Part shown: piece by piece, positions 18,064 through 28,646 of the stretch | Position numbering within the stretch: position 1 is the stretch's first letter | Layout: each line of letters opens with the position of its first letter | Sequence record: LR745208.1 | Length of the DNA stretch: 64,000 bases | Strand: one strand, 5' to 3' | Notes under the pieces: generated by a model | Told to the model about the DNA's origin: nothing | The model's database searches: none | What the model saw: the letters and a program-made list of their open reading frames with translations, nothing else | Position numbers and translations under genes: made by a program

Positions 18064-20979
18064 ATGCTCGACGGTTCTTCGTTTCCAAAAATTTCCCATC
18101 AAGATGTATCCGAGACCGGGGCACACACCCCACAGCCTGTCACAAATGTGCTCTCAATGTCCCCCGTGTTCCATCTTGGAATTGGGGACCCCCTAGATGA
18201 TGTGAAGTATGAGAAGCGACGTTGTTTGATCTCAGAGAAGAGTGGGGCGGTCGTCTTTCAGATGGATGATGTGGAGATCCCCTCAGGGTGGTCTCAATTA
18301 GCCACAGACATTGTGGCCTCAAAATACTTCCGTAAGGCCGGAGTCCCACAAGCTGACGGAACTCTTGGACCAGAGAAGTCGGTCAAGCAGGTGATTCATC
18401 GAGTAGCCTCTACGATAGCGCAAGAGGGCTTCAACCAAGGCTACTTCACTTTGGAGCAGAAGCAGGTTTTTGAGCGGGAACTGAAGTACCTGCTCGTGCA
18501 CCAATATGGGGCCTTCAACTCTCCAGTGTGGTTCAATGTTGGGATGTACCACTCCTACGGTATTGATGGCCAGGGGGGGAATTTTGCGTGGGACTTCGAG
18601 AGTGGGTCTGTGAAGAAAATGGACCGGGCCTATGTCAGGCCACAGGCATCTGCGTGCTTCATCAATCGGGTGGATGACTCTATTGATTCGATTGCAGACA
18701 GTCTCAAGGCAGAAATGCGTCTCTTCAAGTACGGGAGTGGTGTGGGGTCGGACTTCAGTGCAATCCGCTCGAAGTATGAGGTGCTATCTGGTGGGGGCTA
18801 CTCTTCGGGGTTGATGGCTTTTCTGCGTGTGTTTGATAGAGCCGCGGATTCCATGAAGTCTGGGGGGACCACACGTCGGGCGGCCAAGATGGTGATTTTG
18901 CAGGCGGACCATCCTGAGATCGAGGACTTCGTCACTTGGAAGTCCAAAGAGGAGAACAAAGCCCGGGTGCTCCTAGCTGCCGGGATTGGACTAGACGCGG
19001 ATGGAAAACCTGACTTCAACGGGGAAGCCTATGCAACCATCTCAGGCCAGAACTCAAATAACAGCGTGCGGGTCAGTGACGAGTTCATGCGGGCAGTGGA
19101 GAAGGACGAGGACTGGAACCTTCGGGCCCGTACCACAGGAGAGGTAATCAAGACCATCAAAGCCAAGGATCTCTGGCAGAAAATCTGCCAGTCAGCTTGG
19201 GAGTGTGCGGATCCAGGCCTCCAGTATGACACCACCATCAATGATTGGCACACCTGTGCAGAAACGGGCAGGATCAATGCCAGCAATCCATGTAGTGAGT
19301 TCATTTTCTTGGATAACACGAGTTGCAATTTGGCCAGCTTGAACCTGACCAAGTTCCTTAAACGGAGCGAGGATGGTAGCCTCACCTTCGATGTCAAGCT
19401 ATACCGGGAGGCCGCCCGAATCTTCATCATTGCCCAAGAGATCCTTGTGGATCTAGCTTCCTACCCGACAGAGGAAATAACCCGCAACACGCATGATTTT
19501 CGCCCCCTGGGTCTGGGATATGCGAATCTAGGAACACTGCTTATGATGCTTGGGCTGCCTTACGATTCCTACGATGGGAGGTATGTCGCCGGGGCACTCA
19601 CGGCCATCATGCACAGCAAAGCCTATGCGACGTCCGCCGAGCTAGCAAAGTTAAAGGGGGCATTCCCGAAGTACCAAACCAACTTGGTCCCAATGTCCAG
19701 GGTGGTGCAGAAGCATAGTCATGCAATTGATGACCTGACCAAAGTGCAGCCGATCAATAGTTCGAGGGCATCTCTCAAGTTTTCCTACCTGGGTAGGGCT
19801 GCTAGGGAGGATGCAGACAACATGTTGAAGCTGGGAGCCACTTATGGGTATCGCAATGCTCAAGTGACAGTCCTGGCCCCGACAGGAACAATTGGCTACC
19901 TGATGGATTGTGACACCACAGGTATTGAGCCCGACTACTCCCTCGTGAAGTACAAGAAGCTGGCAGGTGGGGGGTCTATGAAGATCGTCAACCAGTCGGT
20001 CCATCTGGCGTTACATGAGCTAGGGTATGGGGATGAGGCGGTTGATGCCATCGTGGCTCATATTGATGCGACAGGAAACGTAATGGGTGCCCCACATTTG
20101 GATGTGGATGACTATCCGGTTTTTGCTTGTGCTCAAGGGGTTCTAGCCCTTCGTCCCATGGCCCACCTGGAAATGATGGCTGCTACCCAGCCATTCCTCA
20201 GTGGGGCTATTTCCAAGACCTGCAACATGCCCAACAACTCCACCGTCGAGGAGGTATCGGAGATTTACAGGGCTGGATGGAAGCTTGGTTTGAAGGCAGT
20301 GGCCCTGTATCGAGATGGTTGCAAAGCATCCCAGCCACTTACAGACAAGAAGAAAACACCAACCACATCTCTTCCTACGGCGGTAGCAGCGGCTACTTCT
20401 GTCGTAGAAAATCGCCCCACCCGAGTTCGTCTACCCAGGCAGCGAAAGGGGTATACCCAGGAAGCCAAGATTGCAGGCCAGAAGCTGTACCTGCATACCG
20501 GTGAATACCCCAACGGTAATCTGGGGGAGATCTTCATTGACGTCTCCAAGGATGGGGCTGCTCTGCGGGCCATGTTGAACAGTTTTGCAATTGCCATCTC
20601 TGTTGGGTTGCAGCATGGAGTGCCTTTGGATACCTATGTGAACCAGTTTACATTCACCCGTTTCGAGCCAGCCGGTCCTGTTCAATTTGATGACCATATC
20701 AAGACCTGCACTTCATTGTTGGATTACATCTTCCGGCACCTTGCAGTGAGATATCTGGATCGAGAGGATCTGGCACACATTAAGCCTAGTGAGCTGGCAG
20801 CCGAACTAACGGAGGCGGAGGAGTCAGAGCCTTCCCCAGCCCCCACCAAAAGGAACTCCATTCCTCCAGCGGCCACAAGTTCCGACGCCCCCTTCTGTGA
20901 CCAATGTGGGCATTTGACGGTTCGTAATGGGACCTGTTACCGGTGTTCCAATTGTGGGAGTAGTATGGGGTGTTCTTAG
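18064..20979 (+). CDS. nrdJ: Class II (B12-dependent) ribonucleotide reductase with TSCPD domain and C-terminal Zn ribbon
   Basis: FNSPVWFNVG, QASACFI, NASNPCSEF, SCNLASLN, VLAPTGTI, AISKTCN, KAVALYRDGCK, CxxC..CxxC tail. Confidence 0.96.
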   Translation: MLDGSSFPKISHQDVSETGAHTPQPVTNVLSMSPVFHLGIGDPLDDVKYEKRRCLISEKSGAVVFQMDDVEIPSGWSQLATDIVASKYFRKAGVPQADGTLGPEKSVKQVIHRVASTIAQEGFNQGYFTLEQKQVFERELKYLLVHQYGAFNSPVWFNVGMYHSYGIDGQGGNFAWDFESGSVKKMDRAYVRPQASACFINRVDDSIDSIADSLKAEMRLFKYGSGVGSDFSAIRSKYEVLSGGGYSSGLMAFLRVFDRAADSMKSGGTTRRAAKMVILQADHPEIEDFVTWKSKEENKARVLLAAGIGLDADGKPDFNGEAYATISGQNSNNSVRVSDEFMRAVEKDEDWNLRARTTGEVIKTIKAKDLWQKICQSAWECADPGLQYDTTINDWHTCAETGRINASNPCSEFIFLDNTSCNLASLNLTKFLKRSEDGSLTFDVKLYREAARIFIIAQEILVDLASYPTEEITRNTHDFRPLGLGYANLGTLLMMLGLPYDSYDGRYVAGALTAIMHSKAYATSAELAKLKGAFPKYQTNLVPMSRVVQKHSHAIDDLTKVQPINSSRASLKFSYLGRAAREDADNMLKLGATYGYRNAQVTVLAPTGTIGYLMDCDTTGIEPDYSLVKYKKLAGGGSMKIVNQSVHLALHELGYGDEAVDAIVAHIDATGNVMGAPHLDVDDYPVFACAQGVLALRPMAHLEMMAATQPFLSGAISKTCNMPNNSTVEEVSEIYRAGWKLGLKAVALYRDGCKASQPLTDKKKTPTTSLPTAVAAATSVVENRPTRVRLPRQRKGYTQEAKIAGQKLYLHTGEYPNGNLGEIFIDVSKDGAALRAMLNSFAIAISVGLQHGVPLDTYVNQFTFTRFEPAGPVQFDDHIKTCTSLLDYIFRHLAVRYLDREDLAHIKPSELAAELTEAEESEPSPAPTKRNSIPPAATSSDAPFCDQCGHLTVRNGTCYRCSNCGSSMGCS

Positions 20980-21024
20980 GTCGATTCTCCACTCCTCTGA
21001 GGCACTTGTGGTGTAACCCATTGT

Positions 21025-21513
21025 ATGCCACTGGTGTTGGTCTTACAAGGCCTAGTCCATTGTTCTCATGAGGGACCCACTGTCGAAACAGATGGGTCCA
21101 CTCAACCAATAGACCTAACCCCCTTTGCTGGTCAGGAAGTCGTTTTCATGGCCTGCCATTTCCCCAGGGAGCCAATTCAGGCACGGTGGGGATTGGGTAG
21201 CTGTTATTGGACCCCAGTAGGCACCTGCCCGGCTGGACACCATCTGGACCCGGAGCTAATGTGCTCCTGGGCGGGGGAGGGGAAGTTAGTCCCCCATGGA
21301 CCTAATTGGTGGGCGGTGGAAACCTCCGGTGGCTTCCCACCACTCAATCAATTGGAGGGACATAATTGTAAATTGGCCATGTGTGTCAAGTCCCCAAAGG
21401 TACGGGACGAGCAGCACGTCTCCCTGGATATTGAAGGCCTCAAGCAAACCATGCAAAGTCTCAAGGATATTCAGGGAGACCTGATTGCAATGCTAGATAG
21501 GGCTAGGAAATGA
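21025..21513 (+). CDS. hypothetical protein
   Basis: 162-aa ORF overlapping the RecD2 start (ATGA). Confidence 0.6.
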   Translation: MPLVLVLQGLVHCSHEGPTVETDGSTQPIDLTPFAGQEVVFMACHFPREPIQARWGLGSCYWTPVGTCPAGHHLDPELMCSWAGEGKLVPHGPNWWAVETSGGFPPLNQLEGHNCKLAMCVKSPKVRDEQHVSLDIEGLKQTMQSLKDIQGDLIAMLDRARK

Positions 21514-24299
21514 CCGATACCTATTTTTCGGGCCGGGTCAACTCGGTCATCTTCGCCAACGAAACCAAGGCATTCTATGTTCTCCGGATGCTACTGGACG
21601 TGGAGGCGAATCCTAATCCTATTGAGGAGTGGATGGGCTCCATAGAACCCCTTGTGACGGTTTGTGGTGAGATCCCAGGGGTCCATGTTGACATTGGGGC
21701 ATGGTTTGGGTTTGAAGGGGACTGGGGAAATCATCCCAAATATGGTCGCCAGATCAAAGTTACCCGGGCCCCCGTTCTGAAGGGGGTCTGGGATGAGGAT
21801 ATGTGTGAGAAGATCCTCACCTCCCAGGGTATTGGAATTGGCATTGCAGCGAGGATACGGACACAGTTTGGGAAGACTATGGCCGAAGCTCTCACGGATG
21901 TGGCTCAGATCAGCACGGTGCCAGGACTCACGGCACTTACAGCCGAGAACATTGTTCACAAGTGGAAGATGGCAAGAGCCCATTTCCTCACGTTGGAGTT
22001 CCTTGGGGACTTAGGACTCCCCCAGGGCAAAATCAGGCATATATGGTCCACATTTGGGGACACTGCAAAGGATGTCCTGTCAGTCAATCCTTGGGCACTG
22101 GTGCAGATTGACGGTATCAGTTTTGGTGATGCTGACGCCGTTGGTATGCGGTTGGGTCTGGACTGCTCCCCTGCCAACCCTGCCCGAGTCGAAGGGGCTG
22201 TTCTTCATGCTTCGCGGGCAGCCAAGGGGTTCGGTAACCTCTACATGTCAGCGGGGGAGCTACGGGCTACTGCCTGGACCTTAGACCCCAATTTTGCCGA
22301 CAAGGACCTTGTGGCCTCCGTCAAAGCATTGGTGGGTCAGGGTCTTTTGGTAGTAGACAAAACTACCCTCCCAGGAACCATGGCAATCTATGACCCTTGG
22401 AGTTACAAGCTGGAGGACACCTCAGCCACAATTCTCAAGGAGAGAGGGCTACAGGCGGTCATATCCCCGGAAAAGTCAGCCCAGTATGTCAAGTCTCTGA
22501 TAGGGGAAGAGAACGGTCAGGCATCCTTGCGGGATGCTGGGGCCCAATACTTGGCACAGGTCGAGGCCACAGGTGGTATCACCCTATCGGAAAAACAGAA
22601 GCTTGGGGTAATCAATGCCATTACCGAGCCCATTTCGATCATCACGGGCTTACCTGGATCGGGTAAAACAACTTCACTCCGTATGGTGCTCATGCTTCTG
22701 CATGAGATGGGGGTGCACCCGTGGATGGTGGCTCCAACAGGTATCGCAGCCAAGCGTGTGGAGTCCTTGACTGGGGTTAAGGCGTACACAATCCATCGGG
22801 CATTTGGGGCAATGGGGGCAGACAGTGAGACCCGTAAGGCTACTTATGCTGGGGTGGTAGGCCAGCGGGATGAGGACTCAGCATCCTCCGACGGCTCAGG
22901 AGAGGAGTGGAAGTATGGCCCTGGAAAACCACATCCCGCCGAGATGATCGTGATTGACGAGTGTTTTCACTACAAGCAATCCATTCTAACAGAGTCGGGC
23001 TGGGAGTACATTGGGAAAGTCGTTGAGCAACGGCTACCCGTGCGGGTCTGGGCTAGAAATCCGAGTAGCGGGATGCTGGAGCTGAAACCAATTCTAAGGT
23101 ACCTAAAAAATCCCTATCCTGAGTCTGGCCTACTGAAACTAACCGTGGGGGCAAGCCATAGCTCACGGTCGGGAAGGTCTATTCGATGCACTCCAGAACA
23201 TAAGGTACTGACTCCTTCGGGGTATCAGAATGCTGGAGACTTGCGCATAGGAGACGACGTGGTTGTTAGGGGTGTTCAGCCTGACACAACAATTAGCCAA
23301 GTGTCGGGAGTTACAAAGTTTTCTCCTAAGCGTACATACAACCATGTGTATGACCTGGAAATTCAGGACCATCATAACTATGTCGCTGGGAATGTCATCG
23401 TTTCCAATTGTAGTATGGCAGATCAGCATGTGCTCTACCGGATTCTGACCTGTACCCGACCGGATGCCCGTCTGGTGTTTGTGGGGGACGCCGCTCAGCT
23501 GCCCTCTGTGGGGCCTGGGAACGTGCTTCGGGATTTGGTCGCCTCCGGGGTCTATCCAACCGTGGCACTTACGGAGATTTTCCGCCAGAATGAAGCCTCT
23601 CCCATCATCAAAGCCGCCCATGAAATTCATCGTGGGGTGGTACCCGACGCCCCAATAGGATCGAACTTCTGCCTCATAGAGGAGCATAATGAAGAGGAAA
23701 TCGCCAACAAGATCATTGTGCTAGCGGAGAAGCTCTATCAGGCACGAAAAAATTTCCAGGTCATGACCCCCCGCCATGCAGGGCCTATAGGGGTGACAGC
23801 CCTCAATGCCAGACTGAGGGAACTCCTCAACCCGAAGCAGCCCTCTCTGCAAGAGATCAAGCTGGGGAAGGATGTGTTGAGGGAGGATGACCGGATCATG
23901 GTGGTCAAAAACAACTACCAGTTAGGCATCTTCAATGGTGACACCGGGAAGATATCCAATATTGATCGGAAATCCAAGACGGTGACTATCAAGATTCATG
24001 GACCCCCAATGATTCTCGTCCAGATTCCTTTTGAGAAGTGCTACACTCTGTTGAGATTGGCCTATGCAGTTACAGTCCATCGATGTCAGGGTCAGGAGAT
24101 GGACATTGTCGTGATGCCTATCATTGATTCCTTTGCCCACCAACTACAGCGTAATCTCTTCTACACAGCGATCACCAGAGCCAAAGAGAAGGTGATCCTT
24201 ATTGGGTCACATTCTGCAATGTCCCGAGCGGTGCTCAACAATCAAGAAGATGTTAGGAACACACTGTTCCGGAACAGACTTCGAGCGAAGGTAGAGTAG
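21510..24299 (+). CDS. recD2: RecD2-like SF1B helicase containing a mini-intein
   Basis: N-terminal OB/HhH region, Walker A TGLPGSGKTT, APTGIAA, TIHR, VIDE, FVGDAAQLPSVG, EIFRQ, LAYAVTVHRCQG, YTAITRA. Confidence 0.93.
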   Translation: MTDTYFSGRVNSVIFANETKAFYVLRMLLDVEANPNPIEEWMGSIEPLVTVCGEIPGVHVDIGAWFGFEGDWGNHPKYGRQIKVTRAPVLKGVWDEDMCEKILTSQGIGIGIAARIRTQFGKTMAEALTDVAQISTVPGLTALTAENIVHKWKMARAHFLTLEFLGDLGLPQGKIRHIWSTFGDTAKDVLSVNPWALVQIDGISFGDADAVGMRLGLDCSPANPARVEGAVLHASRAAKGFGNLYMSAGELRATAWTLDPNFADKDLVASVKALVGQGLLVVDKTTLPGTMAIYDPWSYKLEDTSATILKERGLQAVISPEKSAQYVKSLIGEENGQASLRDAGAQYLAQVEATGGITLSEKQKLGVINAITEPISIITGLPGSGKTTSLRMVLMLLHEMGVHPWMVAPTGIAAKRVESLTGVKAYTIHRAFGAMGADSETRKATYAGVVGQRDEDSASSDGSGEEWKYGPGKPHPAEMIVIDECFHYKQSILTESGWEYIGKVVEQRLPVRVWARNPSSGMLELKPILRYLKNPYPESGLLKLTVGASHSSRSGRSIRCTPEHKVLTPSGYQNAGDLRIGDDVVVRGVQPDTTISQVSGVTKFSPKRTYNHVYDLEIQDHHNYVAGNVIVSNCSMADQHVLYRILTCTRPDARLVFVGDAAQLPSVGPGNVLRDLVASGVYPTVALTEIFRQNEASPIIKAAHEIHRGVVPDAPIGSNFCLIEEHNEEEIANKIIVLAEKLYQARKNFQVMTPRHAGPIGVTALNARLRELLNPKQPSLQEIKLGKDVLREDDRIMVVKNNYQLGIFNGDTGKISNIDRKSKTVTIKIHGPPMILVQIPFEKCYTLLRLAYAVTVHRCQGQEMDIVVMPIIDSFAHQLQRNLFYTAITRAKEKVILIGSHSAMSRAVLNNQEDVRNTLFRNRLRAKVE
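22962..23408 (+). mobile_element. Mini-intein (149 aa) inside RecD2 right after the Walker B DE
   Basis: CFHYKQSILT (Cys1), block B TPEHKV, block F VYDLEIQDHHNYVA, ends VIVSN followed by Cys+1. Confidence 0.92.
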
Positions 24300-24302
24300 C
24301 AC

Positions 24303-25064
24303 ATGGAAGCTTCAGGACCCTCTGACTCTGGACCCAAGGTAGATACGGAACGCCTTGAGGCCGTATACCTGACCTTGGGGGGAATGACTGTAGAACTTGA
24401 TGCTGACCCCCTGGAGCTGGGTCCCAAGCGCCTCAATGAGAAGATCGCAGAGTGCCGGGGGCACCTCTCTCGGTGTGAGAAGGTCTTCCTGGATGTTTCC
24501 CAGGATCTCCATTGGTACAAACGCCAGCAACGATATGCTACGGCTGCATTCACCCTCAAGTTTCGGGAGCTAATGACCAATGACCCGGAAGTACGGGCGG
24601 GACGCAGCGTGGCCGATCGAGATGCCACCGCCAATACCAAACTCAAGGTGGAACGAGAAGAACTAGACAAACTCTCCTTCTCTGTGGAGGACCTGGAGGC
24701 GGTTCTGATTGTCATTAGGACTAAAAGATCGGATCTCAAGGATATCCAATCCAGACTTCGGGACCAGTTGAAGGTCTGCCAGGAAGAATTGGGCCTCGGT
24801 GGACGGTGGGGCAACTCACTACCAGGAAAAAAGAGAGGGGCCCTAGAGACGGCTCGGGTAGTGTCTGAAACCCTGGACCCATCCATTGGGGATCTAATGG
24901 ACTCAGTGTTTGCGGAATCAGACCCAGCCCCGGGGGACGTACAGGAACTCCAGGGGGCCAGTTCCTATGAGGATCAACTCCTATCAGAGATTGATGGTTC
25001 AGAGACCACAATCGGGGTCCCCACACAAAATGATGACATTGACGAGATTCTCAGTCTGCTTTGA
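24303..25064 (+). CDS. Coiled-coil protein, possibly a UvsY-like recombination mediator
   Basis: Helical N-terminus, acidic tail, located between the helicase and SSB-like genes; function inferred from position only. Confidence 0.4.
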   Translation: MEASGPSDSGPKVDTERLEAVYLTLGGMTVELDADPLELGPKRLNEKIAECRGHLSRCEKVFLDVSQDLHWYKRQQRYATAAFTLKFRELMTNDPEVRAGRSVADRDATANTKLKVEREELDKLSFSVEDLEAVLIVIRTKRSDLKDIQSRLRDQLKVCQEELGLGGRWGNSLPGKKRGALETARVVSETLDPSIGDLMDSVFAESDPAPGDVQELQGASSYEDQLLSEIDGSETTIGVPTQNDDIDEILSLL

Positions 25065-25158
25065 CCAAGAAGAGTGTAAGCTACAATAAGCGGGCATGTC
25101 ACTCACAACAATCAATTGACCGACTAGCTCGTGACCACAACAACGGAGAGATAACAGC

Positions 25159-25884
25159 ATGACAACAGCAGGTAGTCTTCAGGAAATGGGTTTTGACCTC
25201 AACGATGACGGCGTTGGGTCCAAGGGTAATCGTCTCAAGCTCAAGGAAGGTGACAAGTTCCGCGTTTCCTTCGCTTGGTGGCCAGGGTTGGAAGATGGGA
25301 AGCCAGTTCTGGACTCTCCCTCCCCCAGGTTTCTTGGTGGGAAGCGTCTCTACCTAGCAGGGGTAGGGTACTTCATGGACCGCGGTCCAGAGTATGTCAA
25401 GATTGCGGGATCCCCCTCAAAGATGCAGATTGGTACCGTAATTATCAAGTGGCCAACAGATTCTTCCGGGGCCATCGACAAGGCCAAGTTCGCCAGCGGT
25501 GACTTCAAGGCAATGTCATGGATTATCTCCGGGGATAAGTATCAGAACCTCAAGACCACCAATAGTGAGTGGCCCCTGGGTAGCTACGACCTGAATATTG
25601 CGTGTACAGACACACAGTACCAGAAGATCACAATCAGCCCATGTCGGGAGAGCCTTCTCCGCAAGATCCTGGAAAAGGATCCCGTTAAGGCGGCGGCAAT
25701 TATTGCTCAGGCCAAGGCCGTGGCAGAGGGTCTCCCAGGAGAGCTGGCTCAAGACCTGACCATTGAGCAGATCCGTGCAAAACTTGCCGGTGGCCCCGTG
25801 GGTGCCCGCCCCACCGCAGGATCCGGAGCGGCCCCAGCCAGCAGCCCGGACTTTGACAACATGCTCGAAGACATCCTCAAGTAG
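25159..25884 (+). CDS. Putative single-stranded DNA-binding protein
   Basis: About 240 aa, aromatic/beta-rich core, acidic C-terminal tail (DFDNMLEDILK), strong RBS, replication context. Confidence 0.55.
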   Translation: MTTAGSLQEMGFDLNDDGVGSKGNRLKLKEGDKFRVSFAWWPGLEDGKPVLDSPSPRFLGGKRLYLAGVGYFMDRGPEYVKIAGSPSKMQIGTVIIKWPTDSSGAIDKAKFASGDFKAMSWIISGDKYQNLKTTNSEWPLGSYDLNIACTDTQYQKITISPCRESLLRKILEKDPVKAAAIIAQAKAVAEGLPGELAQDLTIEQIRAKLAGGPVGARPTAGSGAAPASSPDFDNMLEDILK

Positions 25885-25957
25885 TAGCTGTTAGGTGCCC
25901 CACCTGGGCACCATCAATCTGATGGTGCCCAGAGCCACCTGATTTCCAGGATCTGCT

Positions 25958-26674
25958 TTGACCCCTCCTGTTATTACTGAAAAAACATGCACCAAGTGTG
26001 GTGTCCTGAAGCCAATAGACTGTTTCAGCCCCGACAAAAGAGGCTCCAAGCCAGGGCATCAGGCACAATGCAAGGAATGCTACCACATGTATTATGTGGC
26101 CAACAAAGAGAAGATCAGTCTTAACTCGGCTAGATGGGCGAAAGAAAACCAGGATCGTGTTAATGCCAACCATGCAGCCTGGGTACAACGAAACCCAGAA
26201 AAGAGAAAGACTTCCAGGCTGGCCTGGGATAGAGCTAATTCAGACCACAAGGAAGCATATCGCAAAGAGCATCTAGAGGAATTTAGGGCCTACAGTAAGA
26301 AGTATCGGGAAACGAATCCAGAGAAGGTCAAGTCCAGTCATGATACCCACATGGAAGCTCATCCGGAAGCATCCGTGGTCGCCAGTCAGAAACGCCGGGC
26401 ACGACTTGAAGCTGTTGAGAACACCCTCACAAAGGGAGAGGCTAAACTGGCCTACAGAGAATCAGGAGGACTGTGTACCTACTGTGGGGAACCAGTTGGA
26501 AACAAGCGTTCCCTAGATCACATCTTCCCAATTTCGAAAGGTGGCTCTAATACATTTGAGAACGTTACCGTGGTCTGTGTATCCTGTAATTCCAAGAAGG
26601 GAAACAGAAGTGTCCTTCGTCTAGTAAGCCCCCTCTGCATACTCCTGGTGGCAACCTCCGGGGGTTTTAACTAG
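25958..26674 (+). CDS. HNH homing endonuclease
   Basis: CTKC..CKEC N-terminus; CTYCG..SLDHIFPISKGGSNTFENVTVVCVSCNSKK. Confidence 0.93.
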   Translation: MTPPVITEKTCTKCGVLKPIDCFSPDKRGSKPGHQAQCKECYHMYYVANKEKISLNSARWAKENQDRVNANHAAWVQRNPEKRKTSRLAWDRANSDHKEAYRKEHLEEFRAYSKKYRETNPEKVKSSHDTHMEAHPEASVVASQKRRARLEAVENTLTKGEAKLAYRESGGLCTYCGEPVGNKRSLDHIFPISKGGSNTFENVTVVCVSCNSKKGNRSVLRLVSPLCILLVATSGGFN

Positions 26675-26706
26675 AAGGATGTTCAATGTGCACTGTATAG
26701 TAGTGC

Positions 26707-27372
26707 ATGCTGGTTCTTGGTTTGGATCCCTCACTAACTTCGTACGGGTATAGTCTGCACAATACACAGGCATCCGCAGGAGCCGATCGATGTGTCCTGA
26801 AAGGTCAGCTGTCCACCCCTGCCTCCCAGCTATTCCTTGACAGATACATCACCTTCAGAGAATTCCTTCGATCCCTCATACAGGAACACAAGCCTGACAA
26901 GATCGGGATTGAGTCTCCCATCTTTGGGGAAATTTTTTCACCCGGAGCCTGGGGGCTGTTCCTCTACTCGAATGAAGCGTTCAAAGAGGAGAAGATGGAT
27001 GTGGTGTACTTTTCACCCCCTCAGATCAAGATGCACGCCCGCGAGAGTCTCAAGCGCCCGGATGGCTGGAAGATGATGAAGGGGGACATGGTTTCAGCAG
27101 CCAAAGAGGACACTGGTATAAAGACTAAGTGGTCCCATGATGCCGCGGATGCATTCCTTTGTGCACGTCTGGCTGGCAGGTTTTGGGAATATCTATCTGG
27201 TAGCATTTTGATTACAGACTTGACCCCCACAGAGCGTAAACTGTTCACTGAGGTCCATACGTTCTCCAAAGGCAAGAATGCAGGTCAGACTGAAAAGACG
27301 GGCATCATCTTTAGAGAGAATGAGAGGTTCTATCGTTGGTCACAGACGGTAGAGAGTGGACCCAAGAAGTGA
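26707..27372 (+). CDS. RuvC-like Holliday junction resolvase
   Basis: VLGLDPSLTSYG, KIGIESP, SHDAADA. Confidence 0.85.
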   Translation: MLVLGLDPSLTSYGYSLHNTQASAGADRCVLKGQLSTPASQLFLDRYITFREFLRSLIQEHKPDKIGIESPIFGEIFSPGAWGLFLYSNEAFKEEKMDVVYFSPPQIKMHARESLKRPDGWKMMKGDMVSAAKEDTGIKTKWSHDAADAFLCARLAGRFWEYLSGSILITDLTPTERKLFTEVHTFSKGKNAGQTEKTGIIFRENERFYRWSQTVESGPKK

Positions 27373-27397
27373 CCAATCCAAAGGACAACCCAATACC

Positions 27398-28642
27398 ATG
27401 GCAGCTGCAAAGAAGACTACGACCACCAAGGGAACCAGTGCCCTCACTCGTGCAACATCCGCTCTCACCACTCTCCTCAAGGAGGATCATGTTGTCCCCT
27501 TGAATGAGAGTCTTCTGAAGGAGTCCATGCCCCACATTCCTAGCGGGTCCATTATCGTGGACTACGCAATTGGTGGAAAGGCTAACAAGCATGGTGTTGC
27601 CCCCTGTCCGGGTTTGCCTCGGGGTCGTATCACACAGCTGTATGGGGCCAATGGGGCAGGCAAGACAACCCTAGCCCTTGCTGCCGCAGCCGCCATTTGT
27701 AAGGCTGGGGGGACCTGTGCCTACATTGACTGGGAGCATGAGGTAGAGCCCCGTTATGCAGCTACCTTGGGGGTACCCATTCAGGACGCATCTAAGTTTG
27801 TGCTGATACAGCCAGACACCCTGGAGCAGGGCATGAAGGCGATGGTCATGTACATCCGTGAGGGCGTGGACCTGATCGTACTGGACTCCGTGGGTGCCGG
27901 TGTGCCGGAGGACCTGTACAATCAGGCAGAGGACGAAGAGGGAAAGGCTTTGCGTCCGGGGATTGTGGCAGCCAAGTGGTCACAGTTTCTCCCCAAGATC
28001 AAGGGAGTGATGGCCAAGAGCAACTCAACCCTCCTGGCGATCTCACAGCTTCGCAAGACCATGGCATCCATGAATGGTGGAGGACCCGAGTCTGCCCCTC
28101 AGGGTGGGGAGGCATGGAAGTTCTACACATCGGTACGGATGTCCCTACGTGTCTTCCAGAAGGAGAAGGGCAAGCAGTTTGATCAGCTCTCGGGCAAGAT
28201 TGAGGAGAAGGTGGTAGGCACCATCGTTGTCCTGAAGCTGGATAAGTGCAAGGTCAGTGACTCTGTCAACAATGAGTTCAAGTTCTATCTCCGCTCAGGG
28301 CAGGGGATCGACAATGCCCGTTCGGTGGTGGAACTGGCTATTGCCCACAAGATCATTCAAAAGAGTGGGGCATGGTTCACGTGGCCCAATAGCCCCAAGG
28401 GGGATCTCAAGCTGTGTGGAATGGATGGCTTTCTGAAGGCGATCAATGAGGACCCCAAGGCGCTGCCAATGTTGTTTGCTCAGGTGAGCCCCAAGTTGTC
28501 GGCTGTCCCATCTGCACAGGCAATGGCTGAAGCGGAGGAAGAGATCCCAGCAATTGATGAGGATGAGCTCTTCGCAGATGTGCCGAAGACCAAGGCTGAA
28601 AAGGAAAAGAAGGAAGACCCATCGGAAGTCGAGGGGGACTAA
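27398..28642 (+). CDS. recA: RecA recombinase
   Basis: GLPRGRITQLYGANGAGKTT, IDWEH, LIVLDSVGA, ISQLR, GGEAWKFYTSVRM. Confidence 0.95.
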   Translation: MAAAKKTTTTKGTSALTRATSALTTLLKEDHVVPLNESLLKESMPHIPSGSIIVDYAIGGKANKHGVAPCPGLPRGRITQLYGANGAGKTTLALAAAAAICKAGGTCAYIDWEHEVEPRYAATLGVPIQDASKFVLIQPDTLEQGMKAMVMYIREGVDLIVLDSVGAGVPEDLYNQAEDEEGKALRPGIVAAKWSQFLPKIKGVMAKSNSTLLAISQLRKTMASMNGGGPESAPQGGEAWKFYTSVRMSLRVFQKEKGKQFDQLSGKIEEKVVGTIVVLKLDKCKVSDSVNNEFKFYLRSGQGIDNARSVVELAIAHKIIQKSGAWFTWPNSPKGDLKLCGMDGFLKAINEDPKALPMLFAQVSPKLSAVPSAQAMAEAEEEIPAIDEDELFADVPKTKAEKEKKEDPSEVEGD

Positions 28643-28646
28643 TCGA

